Part shown: positions 1-11,050 of the stretch, one piece after another
Layout: each line of letters starts with the position of its first letter
Position numbering within the stretch: the first letter of the stretch is position 1
Source: Octopus vulgaris
Taxonomy: Eukaryota
Assembly (NCBI GenBank): GCA_951406725.2
Contig: OX597823.1
Coordinates: 38,750,001-38,814,000 of the forward strand
Length of the DNA: 64,000 nucleotides
Direction: 5' to 3'
Made by a program: the position numbers and the translations under genes
Notes under the pieces: generated by a model
The model's input: only the letters and a program-made list of their open reading frames with translations
Database searches by the model: none
Told to the model about the DNA's origin: nothing

Positions 1-1589
1 ATACCCATGGTTACAGGTGGTGGTAGGGGACAGGTTAAGTCTACCATCTATGTAGGCCCTGGTGGGATGTGAACTCAGAATGCCAACAGCTGGTACAAAT
101 ACCACAAGGTATTAGATCCTACATTGTTATAATTCCATGAAGTCCCTACCTTGGATTGATACTTTATATCATTGACCTTGGAAAGAGGAAAGGAAAAGCT
201 GACCTAGTTGTGATTTGAACTGAGAGTATTGAGAGTCACAACAAATACCACAAAGAATTTTGTCTGATGCTCTAATGCTTCTAATACCAATTCACCCCAC
301 TCAGTATAAATGCAATTTCAATTACCAAACCATTTGTTCAGGTTCACTGCACTAAATATATTAACCTGCACTTAACTATTTGTTTTTCATGCAGAAAGTA
401 TGCCAGTGTTTTCATTCTAAGGTTTAAATAGAAGAGAAAGTTGACCAGATATTATTTAACAAGACAAAATATTGGTTTAGGACCATTACAACTATGCTAT
501 AAGTTTAATACAAAGATGTATTAATTGAAAAAAACATCTGACATGGATTAAACAACACAAACTGTTGATGGTTTATTGTAGTTCATTTAAAGCAAAGACA
601 GATCTAAATTTAAGGCTTGTTAACAAATTAAATATTATAATCCTGATAATGAATTAAAATAAAATAAACAGCACTAATTTACATAAAGACTGGAGAATAT
701 GTCCCAAGGATGCTTTCTGCATTGGTTAAACATCTGATACAACTAACAGCACATCACATGATACTTAGTGACAACAACAATTTCTGGAAGAGAGATGGCT
801 ATCATTTAGCCTGTCACATAACATAAATACCTCACCATAAATACTCTTTAGGTAGCTTGTTGTACATCTCTCTCTTTCTTGTGAAGTATCTGTCCTTTTC
901 CAAATAAAATATTTTAGATATTTTTCAGAGAAAGGACAAACACAAGGCCTTGTGATAGCCCTTGTCAGGACAATTTTATGAGTTGTTATGCACACAAGCA
1001 TAAATTAATGTGCATGACATACACACAGACACAGATGCACTCATTTTTCATATACACACAAGCACACATTTCATGGTGATTTTAATTTCATAAAGAGCAA
1101 TTTTTTTACCTTTTTTTTAACAGCTTTTTAAAGGAGACTTAGGAATGAAGGACTATTTAAATAGATACTGAACTAAGTAATAATAACAACAGCAGCAGCA
1201 ACAACAACAACAACAATAATAAAATGATAATATTTGGGGACCCTATCATTTCAGTAACAATAAAAATTCCTTGCAGTAAATGAAATTTAAGTATTTCCCA
1301 CACAATCTGTAACATGATAGGGTTACTGCTACAATAAAACAGTATTAAATGATTAATATGTAATCATTTTAATATCAACACTTCCTCCCTCACACTTCCC
1401 TGGCATCTGGCAATTAGGGTGAAACATACCTAAGTTGAAAACATCCAAAGTGTTGCCTTGACAACAATGTGTTCCAGCGAAGAAAATGTCGGGTGAGGGG
1501 TGGTGGGCGACAAGGATTTTTCTCATCTTCTTTTATGTAGTTGAGAAGAGAAACAGTGGAGGTACTTTGGTGAAAGAATTAAATGAGGG

Positions 1590-1860
1590 AGGGAAACATG
1601 TAAGGGTTTAGTTGTAATATGGAGGGAGGGACAGTTGTAACATGGGGGGGGGGGGGTAGCTGTAACATAGGGATGGGAATGAGTGGTAACATGAAGGGAA
1701 GGTAGTGATAGTATGGAGAGGGTTTGATTATAATACAGAGTGGGTAGCTGTGATACAGAGGGCAGGTTAGTTGCAATATGGATGGAGGAGTTTGTAATAA
1801 AGAGAGCTTAGGAATAAAAACAGAGTTATGGTGGTAGCAGGAAGGGGATGTGGGCAAGTT
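1590..1860. repeat. Degenerate G-rich minisatellite, ~23-bp unit (GGnnAGTTGTAAYATGGAGGG-like)
   Basis: AGTTGTAATATGGAGGG / AGTTGTAACATGGGGG / AGCTGTAACATAGGGA / AGTTGCAATATGGATG recur at roughly 23-bp spacing; this explains the low-complexity ORF 1579..1857. Confidence 0.65.
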
Positions 1861-2275
1861 AGTCTTACAATTTTAGAATAAATCATTCAAAAAATTCAAA
1901 ATAAAAAAAATTATAAAAAAACGAAGGAAAGCAGTTGAAGAAAAGTCTTGACTGCCTGGTCATGTGATTATTTTCTTTATTTTGTAGTTTTACATAATCA
2001 CTTCCAGAAGACTGCAATGATGAGAGAATGGTTCTTGAAGTTTAGTGATTCTGAGCTAACTGGCCCCAATATGTTAGTAGTTAACTAACCCTAATATATC
2101 CCAGGTGTAATGTATATCTACATACAAATTAACAACAAATTACAACACAGAATTAATTGGATGATGAATGATCATGCAACAAAACATACTACAAGTTAAT
2201 GAGTTATACTGAATTATTTAGATAACGGAATGTACCTAGGTATCATCAACATGGCACAGCACACCACTAGTTAAC

Positions 2276-2652
2276 GGGGTCCAGACAAAACACCCCTAGG
2301 ATAAAAGCCATCTCTGGACTATGTAAATGAGAGGACAACAATTGAGGAACTGCTGAAAGGTGCAGGGCACAGCATCAGGTTGTAGCAAGATGAACTTTAA
2401 ATGAACCTCAACAGTTAATGATATTTTCAATACTGTGTTTGTTCTAATTTTTCAAAGATATGGCATGATGCTCTTTTTATTATGCTCATTTTGTGATTGG
2501 GGTTATTACATAATGTATTATTTTACACATAAGAGAAGTGTTCATAAACTACAAATACTAAGAATAAAAATTATGATATAAAAATTGCTTGTTTTTTTGC
2601 CTTCAGTTTTTTTTTTCTAGTTTTGTCTTAGATGGGGTTTTGTTCAACATTC
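2276..2652. mobile_element. Non-autonomous Mutator/MULE-like element with 9-bp TSD
   Basis: CTAGTTAAC occurs at 2267-2275 and 2653-2661. Ends are degenerate inverted repeats (GGGGTCCAGACAAAACACCCC / GGGGTTTTGTTCAACATTC). An internal stretch reads RTTIEELLKGAGHSIRL*, loosely resembling a MULE transposase C-terminus. Confidence 0.6.
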
Positions 2653-2685
2653 CTAGTTAACAAGTCACACCACACAACCAGTTAA

Positions 2686-2905
2686 CCCTTTTGGTACTAA
2701 CCCGGCCAAAACCGGCTCTGGCTCTGTGGTAAAATGTCTTGTTTTCATAAGTTTTGAATTAAAATATTCCACCAAGCCTGAGTCACAATTTACATTCCTA
2801 ACACTAAATTAATGATAACTAAGTTATTTTACTAAATTCTTTCTTATATTTAAAATAATTGAAAGAAACATAGAGCATCTCAAAATAAATACAGTAACAA
2901 AAGGG
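2686..2905 (+). mobile_element. piggyBac-type MITE (220 bp)
   Basis: TTAA at 2682-2685 and 2906-2909; TIR CCCTTTTGGTAC / GTAACAAAAGGG; a second copy lies in inverted orientation at 60446-60662. Confidence 0.85.
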
Positions 2906-3149
2906 TTAAGAAGGCAAACTATACTACCAATTAACAAGATACAACACATTTTCAATAAACAATGCAACATGCTGAACAGTGAGGACAACTTGAGGAGACA
3001 ACTTGTATTAGTTAACATCACAAATCACATAGCCAATAAATAAGGCCCAACACTCAGTCAGTTAAGTGAGCAGGACAAGAAATATGCATGCATACATACA
3101 GACAGGCAGGCAAGTAAGCAGATACACAGACAGACAGACAGACAGACAA

Positions 3150-3513
3150 GTATGGCTATGTGGTTAAGAAGCTATCTTTGCAACCATGTGATTTCAGGTT
3201 CAGTCCTACTGTGCAGCACTTAGGATGTCTTCTACTATAGCCACTGGCCAACTAATGCCTTGTGAGTGAATTTGATAGTCAGAAACTGTGTGAAAGCCTA
3301 TCATGTATGTGTATGTGTGTGTCTGTCTGTCTGTCACCCACCCACCATTGCTTGATAACTATTGTTGGTTTGATTATGTTCCTTGTAACTTAGCAGTTTA
3401 GCAAAAGAGACTAAATACTAGGCTTGATTTTTTTTTTTTTTTTGACCAGACCTTTCAAGACAGTGCCCTAGCATGGCCATAGTACAATGACTGAAACCTG
3501 TAAATGATAAAAG
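3150..3513 (+). mobile_element. tRNA-headed SINE family A, diverged copy
   Basis: Head TGGCTATGTGGTTAAG...GGTTCAGTCC, central microsatellite, tail CAGCATGGCC...ATGACTGAAAC-like; the same layout recurs many times in the window. Confidence 0.8.
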
Positions 3514-3522
3514 ATATACATA

Positions 3523-4816
3523 CAGGGTATTCGAGCTAAATTTGATGATTTTTATGTCTCCTTTTTTCAGGAACAGCTTGATGTATTGGTGAACAGCCAT
3601 GGGTGTTTGAGAGCATAAAGATTAAAGTTGTAGCAGAGAAAAAGTTAGCTGACATGGGGGACTGGAAACTATCTGAATATTTGAAAAGAGTTACTTGTGT
3701 CAAGATGATTCATGCCAAGTATCAAAATGCCAACATCGGGAGTGGCTGTGTGGTAAGTAGCTTGCTAACCAACCACATGGTTGCGGGTTCAGTCCCACTG
3801 TGTGGCATCTTGGGCAAGTGTCTTCTGCTATAGCCCCGGGCCGACCAATGCCTTGTGAGTGGATTTGGTAGACAGAAACTGAAAGAAGCCTGTCGTATAT
3901 ATGTATATATAAGTGTGTGTGTATATGTTTGTGTGTCTGTGTTTATCCCCCTAGCATTGCTTGACAACCGATGCTGGTGTGTTTACGTCCCTGTCACTTA
4001 GCGGTTCGGCAAAAGAGACCAATAGAATAAGTACTGGGCTTACAAAGAATAAGTCCTGGGGTCGATTTGCTCGACTAAAGGCGGTGCTCCAGCATGGCCA
4101 CAGTCAAATGACTGAAACAAGTAAAAGAGTAAAAGAGTAAAAGAGAGTAAAGAGATGGCTGCTCAATGCTCTCTGAACACTGTAAAGGCTGTAAGATGTG
4201 ACATGGACGGCTGCAATGAAGACTGTGATGCCATGGCTAGCAGAAAGGAATACAGCAGGCATTCTGATTGCATTCACATGCAGCAATTCATTCAACAACT
4301 GCAGACAGAACCTTAGGCTCAATTCACATGGCTATGTGAAGTTGCTGGAGTCTGTGGTCAAACTTTGACTGGAGAGGGTCGCTACTGGAAGGCCATAATG
4401 CATAGCGGCAGGATTTGACTCTTTGCCATACCTTTGGAAAGAGTTAAAGGTGGTTGTCAGAGAATTTCTACATCACTCCCTTCAATTTCTGGTTTCCTAA
4501 TTTCCCTGACTGTAATTCCATGGATTGCAATGTGTGAGGTACAATTGAGAAAGATACCAACTGCTCTGCTTACAGCACAAAGGCTGAGCTGGTGGCCAAA
4601 ATCAAGGAGGTGTTCAAAGATCTTTCCAAGGATACAGTGAGGAATGCATATTCCAGGTTACAAAGCTGTCTTGAGGCCATGGTTGAACCTGAGGACAGCT
4701 ATTTTGAATAAACTGTATCTCCCAACCATATTCTAGTTGATATCCTTTAGTCTTTTTAAAATTATTTTATTTTTGGATGAGATACTGTGTCTTCCTTTTA
4801 TGCAAACTTTAGCCAG

Positions 4817-4825
<9 letters not shown>
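3523..4825 (+). mobile_element. Internally deleted Tc1/mariner-superfamily (maT/DD37D-like) transposon interrupted by a SINE
   Basis: TA then TIR CAGGGTATTCGAGCTAAATTT; degenerate right TIR AACTTTAGCCAGAATACTGTG. 4330-4560 translates, with stops and frameshifts, to GYVKLLESVVK...ATGRP...QD...CHT...WFPNFPDCNSMD...GTIEKDTN, matching the QQDSAPxH...WPPNSPDxNPxD pattern. Confidence 0.8.
3738..4154 (+). mobile_element. SINE family A, young full-length copy nested in the maT-like transposon
   Basis: Near-identical to 41998-42547 outside the central microsatellite; CpGs retained; (GTAAAAGA)n tail; transposon sequence resumes on both sides. Confidence 0.92.
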
Positions 4826-4850
<25 letters not shown>

Positions 4851-4907
4851 AGTTATTTCATAATTGCTCCTTATATAGATGCAGGCATGGCTGTGTGGGA
4901 AGAAGAC

Positions 4908-4944
4908 TCGGACAAGACTACCTGCCGAAGTTAAGCATATCACT
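4908..4944 (+). pseudogene. 37-nt fragment of the 5' end of 28S (LSU) rRNA
   Basis: TCGGACAAGACTACCTGCCGAAGTTAAGCATATCACT contains a 14/17 match to the conserved LSU 5' motif ACCCGCTGAACTTAAGC, followed by the expected ATATCACT. Confidence 0.65.
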
Positions 4945-5149
4945 GGAAGGTGCAGGGCACAGCATCAAGTTGTAGCAAGATGAACTTTAAATGAACCTCA
5001 ACACTAGTAAGCTGTTTGAAGCATAATAACTATTTTGGTTACCATTTTCCCAAGCAGGAAACAGAATTTCATGGAAGAACATTGTTCCTTTAATTTCAGC
5101 TATCATAAAAATCGATGAACAGGGGAGAAGCACTGCAAAACAAAAGATG

Positions 5150-5302
5150 TATCACATGGCAGTATGACTCCAGTCAATGTCACTGGTCAGCAGACTGATG
5201 CCTGAGAGTCGCATCAAGTAGCCTCTAGTGGCAGAAGCCTGAACTACAATGGGCTTATCCCACAGAAAACATTTCCGGTTTCTTTTGGGTACCGCATCAT
5301 AT
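5150..5302 (-). mobile_element. Probable mariner 5'-end fragment
   Basis: The minus strand starts TA-TGATGCGGTACCCAAAAGAAACCGGAA, resembling a mariner TIR; no partner TIR is seen. Confidence 0.4.
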
Positions 5303-5339
5303 GATTTTCAGGATCCAATAGAATCAGGTAATATCTATG

Positions 5340-5568
5340 TCTGTCTAAGTGTCTTTGTGTCTGTATTTGTCCCCTACCACCATCCCCACTTGACAACCGG
5401 TACTGGAGTGTTTACAACCCCATAACTTAGCAGTTTGCCAAAAGTAACAAACAGAATAAGTGCTAGGCTTTAAAAAAAATAGTATTGGGGTTGATTCATT
5501 CAACAAAAACGTCCCCCAGATAGTCCCCCAGCATCGCCAAAGTCTAATGACTGAAACAAGTAAAAGAT
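5340..5568 (+). mobile_element. SINE family A 3' half (its short head is at 4880-4905)
   Basis: CTTGACAACCGG...AACTTAGCAGTT...AATGACTGAAACAAGTAAAAGA. Confidence 0.8.
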
Positions 5569-5799
5569 ATGTCCATTGGACATCTCTTTATTAGGGAGAG
5601 AGAGAGAGGGAAAGGGAGTGTTTATATCCATTGGTATTTCTGCCATTTCTGCTGCTGCTATTTCAGCAGTCCTTAAACAGCCAAACAGAAGTTCATATGA
5701 CCACATAGAGTACATCTCAACACACAGACACATACAAGGACTCATGTCAAACATAATATGGCACCAAAGACTATACACACACAGACACACACATGCATG

Positions 5800-5830
<31 letters not shown>

Positions 5831-6178
5831 TGTCAATAAATTACATTTAAATAGCAAAAATATTCAGCTTGTTGGTAAATTCACATCACTCTTTCTTTCT
5901 CTGTCTCTCATGCTTTTCAATCTCTAACTTCCTTCCTTATTTCTCTCTCTCTCTTTTCTTCTTCCTCTCCTCCATCAAACACACACACTTTAGACATTTA
6001 AACCTGGTAAAATTACCCATTTAACATAAGTAGATCAAACCTAGGACAGCACACCAGTCCCAAGCGTAGTTTCACACTGCGAAAATAATACAGTAATTAG
6101 TGTGTGTGTGTGTAATAGTTGTATTAGAGGTAAGAGTCAGGTAATGACAAGGGGTGGGAGAAGATCATATATTATGTG

Positions 6179-6215
<37 letters not shown>

Positions 6216-7837
6216 CACAGTGTTTGTAAATGAGTGTATTTACATGTTTGTGTGTGCTTGCAAGCAAACTGGGACAAGAGGCATGAGAGGTACAGAAAGA
6301 GAAAGCTAGAAAGGGAAAGACAATGGTTAAATGAAGGAGACTGCAAAAATAGACAATAAGAAGAGGAAGGGGTGGAGGAGGCAGCAATGAATGTAGTGTT
6401 TAGTCCTTCACTATTGTCTGTCTGTGTGGCTTGGTGTGAAGTTTTTAACAGCAAGGATACAAAAGATTGGCCAAAACTAATAGCAAATCCTTCTTTTCAT
6501 TCTGGGGTGAACTTTGTAATATAAGACTAGGAGGTACTGTGGGTAGGTGGGTTTCTATTGAACTGACAAATGTTTCTGTAGCTGGCAATGTCAAACTGTT
6601 GAACTCAACACCTCCCACCTACAAAAACCTATGGAAGCCACATAAAACCATCACCATCACCACCACCCTACATGGCGGTGGTGGTCATTGGAGTTGCTAA
6701 TAAAGGCATTCAACTCTACTAGTTTGTTCAATTAAAACTGAGCTGGGATTTACATCACTATCACCACCACCACCACAACAACAACAAGAAGCAAAACAAC
6801 CCATCTTCTATTCACTGCCAAACAAGAAAACAAATATTACTATGCCATGCTGAGATATTGCCTCAGAGGGTTTAGTCAAACAAATTGACCCAAGTACTTA
6901 CTGAGATTTAATGTAATCCTGCATAGTCTGCTTAAAAAAAAGTCAACATCTTAAACAAGGGATATAAGTTAATGGAGGGAACAACTACAAGTCTTTCAAT
7001 CTGCTAGAAGTAGCAGCCAAATCACTCTCAACTCCTAATTCATCATATTAAAAGAAAAGGACATGTTGTATAATGTAGTTGTAGATATAACTATTCTTTA
7101 AAAAAAAAACTATAAAAAAGAAAGAAGGAAGGTGAATTGTGATGGCTAGAATATCTTTGATTGGAAAATTTTATCAATGAACAATAACAAATCAGTCTGA
7201 AGAGTCTCATCAAACAACAACACCAAGTCAATGTCTTGAGAAAGCATTCTACCAACTATAATAGTTCAACATCTCTTCCTACCTTTGCAACTCCCTGAGT
7301 ATTTTTCATGCCTCAGACTTTGGTTATCCACTAAAGCACTCACAGCAGCAACTTATTTACTGTACAATAAATAGTTTTATACTCTACACTTTATAACATG
7401 CCCCTCTATTGTCTCATATAATTTCACTACCAAAAACTATGCCACAACTCCCTCAATATTTCTACTCTTTCCCAGTAACCATGGCCATCACTTGCAAGCA
7501 AGTATGACCTGGAAGTATCAGTAATGCTTTTGCAAATTGTTTGCCTCTGTAGTTGTGAGCAGACATTGACATCCTGTTGGTCCTCCTTTGATCCAGTGGA
7601 ACACTGAGGATATCACTGCAGGAGGTTAGGGAGAGGCTACCCAAGGAACTGGCTAGTACTTATTTTCTGCACAGCAGACTAAAGCAACATGAAATGAAGT
7701 ACTTTACTCAATGATACAATGTACCATGCCTGGTTTGAGATTTGAACCTATGACTTCATAATCACGAGTCTAACATCCTAACTGATAGGCTACACAGTAC
7801 ATTTAACCACCAACCCAATATTCCACAATACTGAACT

Positions 7838-8210
7838 ATCTTTTATCTTTTACTTGTTTCAGTCATTAGACTGCAGCTTGCTGGAGTACCACCTTGAGAA
7901 TTTTAGTCAAATTATTTGACCCCAGTACTTATTCTTTGCAGAAACACTAAGTTATGAGAGCATCAGCACACCAACACCTGTTGTCAGGCAGTGATGGGAA
8001 ACAAACACACACACACAGACATATATATATGATTGTCTTCTTTCAGTTTATCTATCTAATCAACTCACAAGGCTTTGGTCAGCCCAAGGTTGTAGTAGAA
8101 GACACTTGCTCAAGGTGCTACACAGTGAGACGCTTGCCCAAGGTGCCACGCAGTGGGACAACCCGAAACCATGTGACTGGGAAACAATTTTCTTACCATA
8201 CAGTCATGCT
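7838..8210 (-). mobile_element. SINE family A (minus strand, rearranged)
   Basis: Reverse-complement tail TCTTTTACTTGTTTCAGTCATT and head AGACACTTGCTCAAGGTG, which is internally duplicated; source of ORF 7954..8460. Confidence 0.75.
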
Positions 8211-10699
8211 TGTGCCCCATATCCTACATTATCTGAAAACCCTCACAAACTCTATTAAATCCTACACTGAAAACCTCCTTTCTCCACCTTACTGGCATTC
8301 TACATTATCCAAGTACCTCTTCTACAGTGGCACCCAAGTATTCCCTTTCTACAATATCAATGTTATCCTGCATTGCTGCCTCTTTTACCCCTGTTCCATA
8401 CACAGTTCTAAAATTCCCTTAAATGACAGCAATAAAGTTTGTCCCTTTTTCTTCTCATGATGCTGTCAAATGACTTGAAAAACTGTAAACCCTTTCCATA
8501 AATCACAGCAACTACTTCCATTTTAACTCTATTCAAAAGATTTACTGGATCTTGGATGAGACATTAATCCATTAATCCTACATAATCTTATCACAACAGG
8601 ATTAGCCTATTTTCCTCAGTATCCTGCAATCCTCTGTGCTTCTCTCTCATCTCTCCCTATCCCTATACATTTAACCCCACTCCCACTCTCTGTAGGTTCC
8701 TCTTACAGTTAAGGTATAAAGGGTTTGCTCACAGCTGTTGTTGAATCAGCACATTTAACACCCGACTCCACCTCCATCACATAAAATGACTATCATCTTC
8801 TTCTTCCTCTATACATTTACCTACAACACACATGCACAAACAAACATACATACATACACACTTACATGCTTAGCTTGGCTTGTTGATGTGCTTTTTAAGC
8901 CATTCCAAGAATGAATTAGACTATTTTCAGAAGCTACCACACAACACAGGCCATTAACCAGAGTATATTGCAAATACTTCAGTAGTTCAAACTAGAAATA
9001 TCCAATCTTGGAGTAATAGGGTGAAAACACAGACAAACAGAAGCCATGCTTTTATTGTCTTATGATTTCATGGTTTTGTTTAAGTGTTCCTAATGTAGGC
9101 ACAAGGCCTGAAATTGTAAGTGCAGAGGGTGGGATGGGGTAGACAGATGGAGGTGAATAGTTGATTGGTACTTTACTTTATTGGCCCCAGCACAAGGCTG
9201 GTACTTATTTTTATTGTTCTCAGTACATGTCAGGAGTAGGGTTGTTGAATTTTAGAAATAAGAAATACTTGAAGGATACTGTATGCTGACAGCTAATATA
9301 AGTATGTGTAATTTCCATTTATCAAATTATATTTATAAATGTCTACATAGTTTCTGTCTACCAAATCATTTGTATTCATAATACAGTGCTCAAGTTAATA
9401 CTATGGTAGAAATACTTTCCCAAAGTTCTGAATAGTGGGAATGAACATGAAACAATGTAGTTGTGAAGCAAACTTCTTAACCATTCAGCCATGCATGCAT
9501 CAGTGGCAGTGGCTTTACTTAAAAATATTATTTGCTTTTAAGAGAAAATTGTAGAAAAGAGGATTGAGGATTCAAGTCTATCAAGTTTTTCAGAAATACT
9601 AAAGCTGTTGATATTAAATTTAATTCAGACTACAACTCTTCATTAAAAAAAAAACAAAAACAGTCACATAAACACCCTTTGAAAAAGTGTGTCAAGCACT
9701 GTGTAAGTTGCAAGTGGGTTATAAGAGAGTAAAAAATACAGGAGGAGATACATGAAAACACGTGTTTGTGTGTATGTGCGTGTATTTGTAGAAGTGCATG
9801 CATAGATGGGTGTGTGTATATATAAGAAAGCATACGCGAGTTGGCTAAGAGTCCATAAGAAAGCATATGTATATGTGAGCATGGGACAGTGTGTTTATAA
9901 GAAAATTTAAGTATATATATTCATGTATGAGTGCATATGAATGACAATAAGAGTGTGTGTAGAGAAAGCATGAGTGTATATATGCTTGTATGAGAATGTG
10001 TATGTATAGATAAAAAGAGGTGGGGTAAAACTAGATGAGAGTGTGTGCAAGTGCATGTGTCTGTACATATATGTTTTCACGAGTGTGCATGTACACACAC
10101 ACACACAAACTACTACAATACCCTCAAATATCTTTCAGTCAATAAGACTATTTGTTCACAAAGTAAACAACAGAGATTATCCAGTAATCTCTTAATAATA
10201 AGACAGACTAAATTAATAGTGATATCAAGTCCCCTTTACACATACACTCCTTTCTCTCGCATCTAAACATGAATGTAAAACCAACACACACACACACATA
10301 CACAAAATGTCACTCTTCACCTACTGCCACCCCCTCCTCCTACTACCACCAATACCAAATTTTATCAGCCTGTTTGTTATTCAGTTATTTATGATTAATC
10401 ATTTCAGATGGCCAACAGCTGAAGTAAATTCCTTGTAATAATCTACTTTGTTACTTCAGGTTTCTTAGTTCAAATCTCTTGGGTTGAGCTTGTCATTTAC
10501 CCATACAGTGGGATCAATAAAAAAAAATGTAAATCAACAAAACAACAGGGATTTTACTTGCCACCTCACATTCCATTTTTAAAAAATTCTTTTTCCAATT
10601 CAAAAAAAAAAAGACAACAAAACAGTAACTATTGGTAGAATAATACCCTGACAGTCTTCTAAGTTTTTCATCCCCTCCAATTCTAAGACTTGATGTCAC

Positions 10700-11050
10700 G
10701 AGCCAGAAGAATTGTTAGTACACTGGGTAAAATGCTTAGTGGCATTTCCTCTGTCTTCACATTCCAAGTTCAAATTCTGCCATGGTTGGCTTTGCCTTTC
10801 ATTCTTTCAGAGTTGATAAAATAAGTACCAGTTGAACACTGGGGTCTATGTAATCAACTAGATCCCTTCCTTGAATTTGCTGGCCTTGTGCCAAAATTTG
10901 AAACCATTATTATTATCATATGTGAGGTGACATAATGATTAAATGCTTAGCAGCATTTCTTCTGGCACTTTACATTCTGAGTTCAAATCCAGCTGAGGCT
11001 GACTTTACCTTCCAGCCTTTTGGGGTCCATAAAACCTAGTCAAGTACTCA
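10700..11050 (+). mobile_element. Two tandem SINE family B copies
   Basis: AAATGCTTAG...GTTCAAAT...GCCTTTCATTCTTTCAGAGTTGATAAAATAAGTACCAG core, shared with 30860-31090. Confidence 0.75.

Noticed and set aside
7318-7337. CTTTGGTTATC resembling the 5' half of miR-9
   Set aside because: The match stops after 11 nt and no pre-miRNA-sized hairpin is present.
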